From Camelus dromedarius (Eukaryota), in NCBI RefSeq assembly GCF_036321535.1, contig NC_087472.1, positions 95,358,001-95,422,000 on the forward strand: a stretch of 64,000 nucleotides of DNA, given 5' to 3'. Below, in pieces: positions 53,352 through 64,000 of the stretch. How positions within the stretch are numbered: the first letter of the stretch is position 1; each line of letters begins with the position of its first letter. A program made the translations under genes and the position numbers. A model generated the notes under the pieces. That model made no database searches and was not told where the DNA came from. It saw only the letters and a list, made by a program, of their open reading frames with translations.

Positions 53352-53842
53352 GTGACCACAAAGTCTGCCCCTTTGGTAATGTGCCTTTGCTGCTCTTGCC
53401 ATCAACGGGTAGAGTCTATCTCCCCACACTCTTTTTTCCAGGATGGCCTCATGACATGTTTTAACTAGTAGGATGAGGTAGATGTGGTGATGTGGGAATA
53501 CTGAGTATAGCCCTAAAGAAGCCTGGCAATTTCCACTTCTAGTCACCTTGCTGCCATGACACCACTAAGTGAAGAAACCAGGGTAGCCCTTGAAGAGTAG
53601 AGCCTACATGCAGAAAGATCTGGACGACAGCTAGCACTGATTGCCAGACATATGAATGAAGCAATCTTGAACCATCTCACTCCAGTCGAGCTGCCAGACG
53701 ACTAAGCCCAAAACAGACCAGTGAAAGAACTGCCTAGCTGAACCCAGCCTAAACTGCTGAATTCATGAGCAAATAAAGTGGTGGTTGTCCTAAGTCGCTA
53801 TGTTTATGGTGGCTTGTTACACAGAAACAAATACCTGATTCA
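53352..53842 (+). mobile_element. MLT1 (F/H-like) LTR inside an old L1 fragment
   Basis: gtagagtctatctcccc...ccagtcgagctgccaga...gaactgcctagctgaacccagc...aaataaagtggtggttg...ttgttacacag. Confidence 0.8.
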
Positions 53843-54606
53843 CCGATTCTTATCTTTTGACTCAGAAATTCCACTTGTAGTTTTAAAGTCTAGAGAAACT
53901 CCCAGGAGAAACACAAATGTCCCCAGGAGATATATACAAAAGCTTTCATAGAAGCATTGTTGATAATAGTCCCAAACAGGAAAAAGTTCATAAGTAGAAA
54001 AGATCACTCAATTGTGCTATATTCGTAATTTAGAATACAGCTTCAGAATTAGTCTTGATCTGTACATATATTTTAGACACTCTCCTGTATGTATGAAATA
54101 TTTCATAATTTGCTTAGAATGAAAATTGTCATGTCTTTTATTTGGTGAAATAGGTGAGCAATTTAATTTTCAGGAGCAACCAATATAGCAGACACACAGA
54201 TGCCTAATGTCACGAATGCCTTGGGATGGCTCATAAATTAACTTTAGCAAAGATAGATGAGGCTGATTTAACAGGAAGGGAAAAGGTTCTGATTTAATAG
54301 AATTTGTCATCTACCTTGACATCAGGGCAAGGAAGGCATCCCCCAGGTTTCTGATCTCCTGTACAATTCTTTACATCATTAATATATCTGGTGGGAGGGA
54401 TAAGAGTCAGTTTGGCTTACAGAGCAAATGCTCCAAGGCAAAGCCAGAAGTTTCAATCTTGCCCCCTCCCTGCAGGTGAGAACCGAAGGCAAAAATGAGA
54501 CTCTGTGCTCCTTTGCCACCCCGAAGAATTGAAAGGAATTTGTCTACTGAGAACTAAACTATGCAATCAACACATAACGGATTAAAGTACATATCTTCAG
54601 AGTTAT

Positions 54607-55045
54607 CATGGCAGATGAGATCGTTTTTCCCAATTCTACACTCTTCCCTCACTTTTCTTAGGGAGTTTACATCCATGCTCTTTGTAGTTCACCTCTCCCT
54701 TTGAACAGTTATACATCCCCACTCCGCTGATGCTGGGCTTACCCTGTGACCTTAGTCGACAGAGTGAGGGGGAAGTGACAGTTCCAAGCTGAGGTCTTAA
54801 ACATCACATGTTTTGCTTGTCCTCTTGCGCTCCTATGACCTGTCATTAGAAGAGCATACTCTAGGCAGCCATGGCCCCAGAGGACCTGAGCCTGAACAGA
54901 AGCCTGGCGTCCATCCTGGCCTAGCCAAGTTCAGCCTCATCAGCTGAATCACGGCTGACCTACAGACCTAAGAGCTTGAAAATGAATGTTTGATGTCATC
55001 ATCACTGAGATTTTCAAGTTGTCTGTTTCACAGTAAAAACTCACA
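54607..55045 (+). mobile_element. MLT1 MaLR LTR
   Basis: cccaattctacactcttccct...gttccaagctgagg...aatgaatgtttgatg...cactgagatttt...gtttcacag. Confidence 0.7.
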
Positions 55046-56890
55046 GTCATCTTAAAGAACACATCTCTCCCAGGCCAAGGTCTATCAGAATAGGGGCGGT
55101 CAGCCACAGACACAGAAACGAGAAAGCCCGCGAGGCAAACGGACCTCTCCAATAACAACCCCGAAGCGTGTGAACCACACCCATGCACAGAACCTCTCTG
55201 ATCTGCATATGAAGGCATATATTTAACAAGAAGTTGTCACAAACATTAAACATTCCTCTTACACAATAAACTTTTTGTTCTGATTCCACGCTCACCAAAG
55301 AACCCTGCGATGGTGATTTGGCTTCCTGTGTAGCTTGCTTTATAGGGACAGACTTTGATGGTCATTGAAATAATTACACAACATGACACACGTAAATAAG
55401 GATGTTCAGAGCCTTGAACAGCACAGAACTCAGTAAGGTTTCACATCTTTAATGTAACCTTTGCCCCTTAGAAAGAAGGGGAACATGGACGGACGTTCTA
55501 ATGAGAATTGCCGGAAATATAAACAGATCCGAAATCAAACCTGCAGTTGCCCAACTGCCTGGTGAGAGTTTCCCTCCTTACTTAATGAAATGATTTCATT
55601 AAGCACGGGGCTCCACTCTCAAAGAGTGTTAACCTCAACAACCTGCATATGGCCAAAGCCTTTTTCTGCCATTCAAGTTTAACTTTTGGCAAAATTAGTA
55701 AGTTGTAAAAAGTCATAAAGATATAGTACAAATTTTCGAGTTCCAAAATACATAATAGTGTAGGTCACAGTTTTGTGATCTTCTGGTGCCCACGTGAAGA
55801 TATATAAACTGATTAATAAAGCCTCAAATTGGAGTTTAAAGCCCTAGTTTTACCTTATAAATGGTGATTTTCATTTGTAGTATATTTGGTTAATCCTCAT
55901 TATTATTCAAATCTACGAGAGGGCAAATACTTCCATCTTATGTGTGCAGAACCTACAACCCAGGGGAGCTAAATGAGTTCATCTATCAGAATTGTCATGA
56001 TGTCACAGATAAAATCCAGAACTCAGATACTCTTTAATATGACTAAGTAACTCCTTGAGCTCTTCTGAAATTCAGTTGCTTGGGGATATTACTGTGCAGA
56101 AATACTGGCGAGCAACAGTTATTAAAGCGAAAGTTCCTATTACATGTGGAATTTGTCTACTGAGAACTTTATATATCATATATACTGAGTTACTTTATAT
56201 ATCACTAAAGCTTACTGTAATCCACAGTGTCACATCAATGAACTCCTGGGAGTGCACAGCAACAAACACACCAAACACATTAACCAGGGGGGAGCTCAGT
56301 TAAAGCAAAGATACAGCATGAGACGGGGCCAAAGCAAGAACGCTGAGTGGGAAGGAGAGGCAGGGCGTTGCTCTGCACAGGCGTTAGGAAGAAACAGATG
56401 TTTAAGTTGCTTACAGTGACCGTGTCACTCTAGTCCCATGAAGCCCTGAGAAGGCATCCAGTCTTTCCTCTTGCGTCCCATTCAGAACCTAATCAGAACA
56501 TTCCAGACAAACTAAGAACAGCAGATGTTTTCTCAAAAGTGAGACGCCTGTAGGGTTTGCTGTGCACAACACACAAATAAGGCTGCTAATTCTTCCAACA
56601 TACCGTCATCAAATGCTCAGGAAAAGTAAAGGACTACAACAGAACTTTTATTCAGCACCCACTAAATATCAGGGCAGCTTTTTGCTTCCATTTCAAAGAG
56701 AAGAAAATGGAGGTTTAAAGAAGTTACATTTCCCAAGAGCATATTACTAATTACTGGCCCAAGGAGTTTTGAACTCAAAACTCTGCAGGTTTTTTTTTTT
56801 TTTCTTTTCATTATAATGTGCTCATAATCACGAAGTACCTTGGTTTTTGGGGGTTTTCTGGTTTTTGGTTTTTTAGTGTATGATTGAATC

Positions 56891-57062
56891 TTTTTTATTG
56901 AAGTATAGTCAGTTTACAATGTTGTGTTAGTTTCTGATGTACAGCAGTGATTCAGTTACACACATATATATTCCTTTTCATATTCTTTTTCATTATAGGT
57001 TATTACAAGATATTGAATATAGTTTCCTATGCTACACAGTAGTAGGACCTTGTTGTTTATCT
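56891..57062 (-). mobile_element. Short L1 3' end
   Basis: ttttttattgaagtatagtcagtttacaatgttgtgttagtttctgatgtacagc...caagatattgaatatagttt. Confidence 0.9.
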
Positions 57063-57639
57063 CAGAAGTGTTTATTAACAGATGAAATTTCATTTCAGAA
57101 TTGCAAATCTGCCTTTCTCTTATATTACTTGCATTACATCAATTTTAGTAGTAACTAAATAAACTTAAGGGGTGGGAGAGTCATTTTGTGGTTGTCATTA
57201 GCACATATGTTACGTTCAATTACTCTTCCATTTCTTTCCAAATAAATGCATTAATTTTTTTTAACATAATTTTAACATCTCTGGTGATTATTTTCTGTCT
57301 GGAAAAGTTCCTTGTTCTTCGAATGTCACTTTTGATCACCTGTAAAATTCTGGGCCATTCTCTAAGGGTCTTGGTAACAATCAGTAGATTTTTGCAACTA
57401 TCAACTCTCTGAAAGTTTTTGGTACACCTGAATGGCTTTGGTTGTAATCACAAAAGCCAGGCACTATTTGTCATTATTCTGCTATGCAGAATTTTGCGGG
57501 TTCTTTCTTTACTTCATCAGCAAGTTACTTAACACCTCAAAGGACAGAAAGCAAGGCAGAGGTTTGAGAATCTTTTCCCTCAGTCTTCCAAGGAACCTTT
57601 AACCTTTTGGCAGCAAAAGTGCTGAGGTTCACAAAACTT

Positions 57640-58000
57640 CGTTAAGAGAAGCCAGCACAAAAGGGGAATTTCCTCTGCAGTTTTTAAAGACAACAGTACA
57701 GCATGGAGCCCATCTCCGTTAGTTACACATGTCTCACATCTGTGTACGTCACCCCCATGATGAAATATCTGCCAATATCTGCAGGGGAAAGAGTCGTCAA
57801 GACCCAGCACAGTGCAGTCATCGCCTTTACTAAAAGCAAATGTGCGATTGCACTCTGTTTTTCATACTCTAACAGCTAAGCGTTTGGTCACATTTGCCTC
57901 TTGACAAATTGAAAAAACAGCTAATCCAATTCTCTCTGGACTTACAGAGCACTAGCCGTATGTTGAAAGTCGTGCTCTGAGTCAGTATTACCGAAAGCAA
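57640..58000. promoter_or_regulatory. Candidate inducible enhancer (NF-kB, C/EBP-ATF, AP-1)
   Basis: GGGGAATTTCC 57663-57673, TACGTCA 57745-57751, TGATGAAAT 57758-57766 and TGAGTCA 57978-57984 in unique DNA. Confidence 0.4.
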
Positions 58001-58882
58001 TTTTAAAGAGAGACCGCTGGGAAGGGAGACATAGGCTCAAGGGTGGCACAGGATGATGCAGAGGAGAGAGGGACAGGCAGACAGAGCAGAAAGGGAGAGA
58101 GGGAAAAGTTGAGGGGGAAAAAGGAGAAAGACATTGAGAGTGATTAATTTGACAGATGGCAGGCAGGCAGGAAGGATGAAATTTCTATTACTTTCCTACA
58201 ATCACATCTTTAATGTCTTTTGGCCTTTGGAGAGAAGACTGCCAATTATGCAGCTCTGAAGGAAGCCTTCTAGGCCTACAATCAGTTCTTCAACAAAAAC
58301 CCTTTCCACCTAATCAGAATAAGAGAGACCAAAATGAATGGAGAGAACATCTCTCCTTTCATCCATATGTATTGCTACCCTTATCCTGCCAGTCACATAC
58401 TTTATGACTTTCTTATTTCAAAACCCCTCAATGTTCTTCTCAACATGTTACCCAGAAAAGGTTAGATATAAGAAAAGAAGAAACAGAAGTCCACAGTATC
58501 ATTTAGCTAAACTTTCGTTAAGGGTGTTCCAGTGTGTGTAAAAAAACTGATGACGTAAAGCGAAGACAAGCAAGCAAGCCAGCAAAACCTTAACAACATA
58601 CAGAAGACTATAACTCAAAAAATAAAAAGAAATTCTTGGGGTAATTTTCTCGCTTACAAATGGCACCTCTCTTCTCATTTCTAAAATATTTGAAGGCTGT
58701 TCTATCATTTTAAGAGCAAATACTGTGATTTTATAGTCCATAAAGATTTAATATCATCCTTTTGAGCACTTTATTAGGTTGGGAGTGTTTTTATATTTTA
58801 TGATGGATTTCCCCAATATGTTAATTTATTTTAAGCTAAGACAGACCCATACTTCTTCCAGAGTTAGAAGCTAGAAGACAGG

Positions 58883-59745
58883 TGTTAAATGGAAGACACA
58901 AAGATGAATTTATTTGCTTGCCTCGCAAGAGAGCCAGGTCCCTCAGGGATGCATTCAGCAGGTCTCCGAGAATTGAAAGAGTTAAATATTTAGGAAAGAG
59001 GGGCTGTAGGGGAGGAAAAATAATTTCCCCTTTATCCTTCTAGGTTCTCAGCTGAAACCCCACTGTTTTCCTCTTACTAATCTGTCTTATTACAAACAGA
59101 AGTTTAATAACATGGATACCTCCTGTACACATGGGAGAGACCCAAGAAAACTGAGTAACTCCTTGAAATGGCCCAAGCCACCACCTTCAATATCATCTCC
59201 AGCTAAGACAAAAGAAGACGTTGGGGTTGGGAAAACCAGTTATGGGAGGTTACCAGGCAAAGTAGAGCAAACAAGGGTAGGATTGTAAAGCAGATTTACA
59301 TCCACATCTACACTGTTAAGTTTCTAGAGACTTAGTCATGCTTGTCCTCCTGGTACAGGAGGGAGACACCCTTACAAGTGGAGATTTCCTTTATAAACTT
59401 AAATGTCTCTTACAAAAGGGTAGCTTCTACTTGGTTTTCCAGGGCTTCTCCTCTGTCTGCTGTTTCTTAAAAATAATCAGCTTAAAATCATCCTTATGCC
59501 AAATAGGTATATTTTGGGGTGGCAAATTCTGCTCCCCTTCAGGAGAATGTACTCCAAATAAGGCAATATTCTGGATTGAGTCCTCTGGTTGTCCTACAAG
59601 GTGTATTGTGATAGACTGCTTGAATTGTTACTTTCAAATTTCACATCACTGATGCAAGGGAGTCTAGTTTCAAATGTGTCTGGGCTGGAGACGTAAAATT
59701 CAGTGGGGCCTGGACCATTCTGTGCATGCTTGAAGTCTATCAAAG
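58883..59745 (-). mobile_element. Outer ERV LTR with nested ERV1 LTR at 59005-59541
   Basis: Outer starts tgttaaatgg...gaatttatttg; inner tgtaggggaggaaaaataattt...ggggtggcaaattctgctccccttca. Outer right end approximate. Confidence 0.7.
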
Positions 59746-60958
59746 ATGTTCTTTAACACTTTAACAAAGAATAACAATTCAATTTGCCAAATATATGTTT
59801 TTACTGATACTTTTTTTTTTTTTTTTTTTTGGATGTGGAGTTCTCAAAGCTTATTTTAACACCTCTGGAGCCAAGAAAAACATTTTGGATACTTACCATA
59901 CAAAATGTGTCAAGACATAGTTCATTTAATTCTTACCACAACCCAATAAGGTGCTATTAACCCATCAAGATACACAGTATTTTCCTAAAGTAGACTTGTT
60001 AGGTTAGCACAGATGTCTCCTTACAAAGGTAACCAACTAACATCAGCAACAGAAAACAAAAACCTGCAGACAGGAGGCCCATTTAAGCAGTGGCATTGCA
60101 AACTCAATCAAGTTTCCATTCTGTCTGATTCACTTTAACAGAAATCTGTATGAGAAGGGCAGGCCTGAGTTGCACTTGCTATAGTCATTTGCTAACATTG
60201 AACACAGAGGAGGTTTTCTCAGTCTAGAGAGGGTCATTTGTACTCTAAATCTAAATTTCTACCTTAGTTATTTATGACCCACGACTTACCTCTTCTCTTA
60301 AGACAGTGAATCCTTTGAGGTATTTTCAATTACCCTCTCACAGTACTTTTCAAGAGAGTTGGTCAATAGATATTTGTGAAATGACTAAATAGAGTCCCAA
60401 ACTATTTAACCATTTCAGCATGTATTACAATCTGATTGTGTGATTTGCATTGGTCTTGCCTGTGTATACGAGTAGGGCCAGCTCGGTTCTGCCCTTACCA
60501 TACTACTATTCTGGTGGGGAGACATACATGCCGATAAACAGGCAGAAGTAAAGAAGATCCTTGTACAATGGAGGTGTTCACCAAGCCCAAGAGGAGACCG
60601 GAAGATGCTGCCCCTTAGTTTGCTGGAGAGTGAGGGTGAGCTGATCAGATTGAAGAGGAAAAGAGCTGACATAGGGTCTACACAGCCAAGACAGAGAAGC
60701 TCAGACCATCACAGCAGGAATGAACCCAGAAGGACAATTCCAAGAGTAAGAGAACAGGATGGATCAGAAGGTACAGAATTTTATCATGAAAAGACCACTC
60801 ATCTCTGAGTCTAAAGACCTAATTCTAGTTCCAACTCTGCTACTGAATTACTAGTTTATCTGGGGAAAATTTCTTAAAACTTCTAAAACTGTATAGTATG
60901 GCTGGTAAATACGCCTCGCAGTGAGGAGTCATTGTCCAAGTTAGGATTTAGTGTCCTG

Positions 60959-61734
60959 TGTTGAAAAAACAAAAAACAAGACAACAGGTCAAAAATAGTC
61001 GCTTATGCTTGTGAAATGGAGTCTCCTTAAAACTGAGTTCCCCTGCCAAGTTTGTGATTAACCTCTCTATCCAAAATTTCATTTCCTTCCTTGTCCCCTC
61101 TGATTTCAATCCTGTGTTAACTGTCAGATGACAAAACTGCTATTGTCGATAACATCATTTCTAAACTCAGCCTGTTCCTCCAGGACCAAAGGAGCTCAGA
61201 CACCTCCTTGAACCACAGACCACCAAAAACCATAGACATCCTCACTCCTGAGAGTACGACTAAGAAATGCCACGAGATGCGATGCTTAATCTCACCTTCT
61301 TTGTTCCTCCCCTTTAAGAACCCCGGACTGTCAGGGTTTGGCTGGCTGCACCAGTGGTACACGAGCCCTTTTGCTTGGTCACACTAAGTCCCACATCACC
61401 AAACCAAGAGTTCATTATGGCTTCAGTTCTCCCCAAAACAGAACCTTCAACCAGTCAATCAGGAATCACCTAATCAGCACTACTTAGGCCATCTGCCTGA
61501 TAGGCCCCTACCAGCCCCTAAAGGAAAGTAACTTTGCCATAACCAACCTGCTTTTTCGCCTGGTCTAGTTTTCTTGTTCCTGCCCCCTTCTGCCTATAAA
61601 AGTCTTTCATTTTGTACAACTAACTCCGCAGAGTGCCTTTCTAGCTGCTAGGTTTGGATGCTGCCTGACCCTTATCAATTTTTACTCAAATAAACTCTTG
61701 AAAACTTTCATATGCCTCAGTTTATCTTTTAACA
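60959..61734 (+). mobile_element. MER34-like ERV1 solo LTR containing a nested LTR (61010-61381)
   Basis: tgttg...cctataaaag (TATA)...aataaa...ttttaaca with perfect 4-bp TSD cctg; inner LTR tgtgaa...ggtca. Confidence 0.85.
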
Positions 61735-61914
61735 CCTGAATTATTCTCTGCTCCAAACAGTATCCTATGTCTTCTGAAAACGAACAAACAAAAAAAAAAC
61801 AAATGCTCCTTTCTGTACTCTTAATGGTGTGGTTCAAATAGATTTTCCCAACTCTTTAAGAAGGGCCCTTAAGCCACTCCTGATGTTATCACCCACGGAT
61901 CTAGAACACGGACA

Positions 61915-62115
61915 CCAGTTTGGACTTTGTGAGTTTGAGTCCTGGTCTTGCCACTTTCTAACCGCGTGACCTTGGTTAATTTACTTAACCCCTGTTAAGT
62001 CTCAGTCTTACATTTAAAGTATACACAGTGAATAAGAGCTAATCTATCTCACTACATGGAAAGCATACAGCAGAGTACTAGAACACAGCAAGTATTTATT
62101 AAAAGTCAGCTGTAA
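61915..62115 (+). mobile_element. MIR SINE
   Basis: gagtttgagtcctggtcttgccactttctaaccgcgtgaccttgg...ttacttaacc...tctcagt. Confidence 0.8.
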
Positions 62116-63126
62116 TTGTTATTTCCTCCTCCTCCTCCTCACCACCATCACCATTTGAGCCAAAGAGCTTGGGGCAGCCAGGCTTCTGGCTGTATGGAGG
62201 AAGCCAGTACAAAAGCAGACAGGAAATGGAGAAAGCCCATGATTTCATCATCCCTGAAGCCCAGCCTGACCCCTCAACTGCCCATGCTTAGGTTATATGA
62301 TCAGAAAAATTCTCCTTTTTGTTGACCTGGTTTGAGTCAGATTTTTGTTACTAGTGATCAGAAGTCCTAACAGAATGAATGCGGAAAGCTTGGAAAGGTT
62401 AAAGTTCCATGCAAATCAAGATGTAATTACTTTAAAAATTTTTTAACCCCAAACTTCCATTGCAGTCTTATCGTCCATTACCCTTTTAATGCACACTATG
62501 CTCCAGTCATCCATGTCTCTTGTTGCACTTAATCTATTGGTTCCCTTTGTCTGAAATGGTCCACTCTTTTCTGCCTGTTTAAAATTATATCCTTCATTCC
62601 ACCCATAGATTATATGTCACCACCTCTATGAAATGACACTTCCATTGATCATCTACATCAGAAGTAATCTGTTCCTCCTCTGAACTTCTAAGTTTCTTCG
62701 TTGGACCCTGTCAAAATTCATCCTATTTTGCATTTTAGCCATTAGTAGCCAAATCATTTTACATTTGTCTTCTAAGAACACTTTAATTTCTTTGCCTCAG
62801 TGTCACAGGAAACCATTGCAAATAACGATAAGAATTAAAAATGAGTGTACTCACAGATACGGGGTAAAAGCTGCGTTGGTATTGTGACCTCCTTATTTTC
62901 ACTTTTTAAAATATCTTGTGGACACATAAAGTTCAAGCTGCAGCAAAAAAAAAAAAAAAAAAGAAAGAAAGAAAAATAAAAAATTCATGTTAAAATTTCT
63001 GTATGTTAAAAAATTTACTTTTTGAAAATTATTCCTCAATATAAAGGGAAAAAGTTCTTTAAGTATGTTTAAAGTGTACAATAGAGTTAAAGTAACAACC
63101 TCTCTCCACAGAATTCATCTTAGGTT

Positions 63127-63325
63127 AGTGGTTCTTCAGTTTTCACATGGCTCATAATCACCTGGAAGGCTTAGTAAAACACATTGCTGGGCTCCACCAT
63201 CAGATTTTCTGACTCAGTAGATCTAGCGTAGATCTAACTGTGGAGGAGACCAAGAATTTACTTTTCTAACAAGTTCTCAAAAGATGCCAATGCTGCTGGG
63301 CCAGGGACCACATTTTCAGACTGTC
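63127..63325 (+). mobile_element. MER5A hAT-Charlie fossil
   Basis: agtggttcttca...aatcacctggaaggcttagtaaaac...gctgggctcc...tttctaacaagttctc...tgctgctgggccagggaccaca. Confidence 0.85.
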
Positions 63326-63639
63326 TTACATAATTTTAATTCAAAGGAAAAATTTAGCCTAAGGAAGACCAAGCTAAGAAATCTGTCTGATTTACATTGT
63401 GGCTCTATTTCTTGTTAAAAGAGCAAAAGCACAGATTAAAAAAGGTAAGTTTTAAATGCCCTCTGTCCCACAATTTATTTTGCCCCTGCCTCCAAAATAT
63501 ATGTCTTTGTTTTCCCCACAATTTCACTGGGATGCTTAAAAATCAGTATTTACTGGTTAAACAGCTATACTCATTTATTGCTGATTTATTGCTGATAGTA
63601 GCATAAATAGCTTTTGAAGAGCAATAAAGCAACACATAA

Positions 63640-63985
63640 AGATGCTCAGATGTTTTAAAAGAATAATTCCACTCTTAGGAATATTAAATAGAAGGGAAAA
63701 AGTATGTACACAAAGATGTTAAAGTTTTATCTGTAGCAGCCATAAATTAGAAACTATATGAATGCCCAAATTTAGGGGAACAATTTCATAAATTACAGTA
63801 CTGGAAAACAATATACTATTATACAACCATTAACATAAAGATTACAAATATAATGTAGAAACGTGAAAAATAATTCTGATTTAATATCAAGTAGAGAATA
63901 ACACTGAAACTATGTAAAGATGAATTCATATATGGAAGTTAAGCTGCAAAAATTAAAACAGATGTTTTATGGTGGTTGGTGGGCT
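63640..63985 (+). mobile_element. Old L1 (L1ME) 3' fragment
   Basis: taattccactcttaggaat...atgtacacaaagatgtt...aattagaaacta...aatgccca...tatacaaccatta. Confidence 0.65.
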
Positions 63986-64000
63986 TTCTTTTTATTTTGT

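Noticed and set aside
63573..63597. Short tandem duplications (also about 5434, 22883, 59751)
   Set aside because: Ordinary 8-12 bp slippage duplications with no further structure.

Overview
Mammalian, AT-rich, repeat-rich, non-coding DNA, most likely from a camelid (camel/alpaca/vicuna). The lineage call rests on three copies of a tRNA-Ala-derived SINE matching the camelid vic-1-type SINE, plus cetartiodactyl-type L1 3' ends. I found no recognisable protein-coding exon, CpG island, CRISPR array or prokaryotic system. The only ORF-track hits that resemble known proteins are broken L1 ORF2 fragments. The window is a mosaic of L1, L2, MIR, L3/CR1, MaLR/ERVL/ERV1 solo LTRs (several nested, many with readable target-site duplications, TSDs) and hAT/Tigger DNA transposon fossils, separated by unique islands with enhancer-like motif clusters. 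It may be a long intron or 5'-UTR region of a minus-strand gene: there is a candidate 137-nt non-coding exon at 41796-41932 and most L1s lie on +. I cannot name the gene. The most unusual sequence-level observations are a perfect 19-bp-arm palindrome at 22747-22788, a 47-bp locally templated insertion inside an LTR (46607-46653, matching 47648-47694), a SINE that keeps an almost complete tRNA-Ala cloverleaf with G3:U70, and a TCF/LEF site cluster at 23.7-24.2 kb. I see no convincing evidence of a novel biological system. Repeat subfamily names come from recalled consensus sequences and need RepeatMasker/Dfam confirmation.
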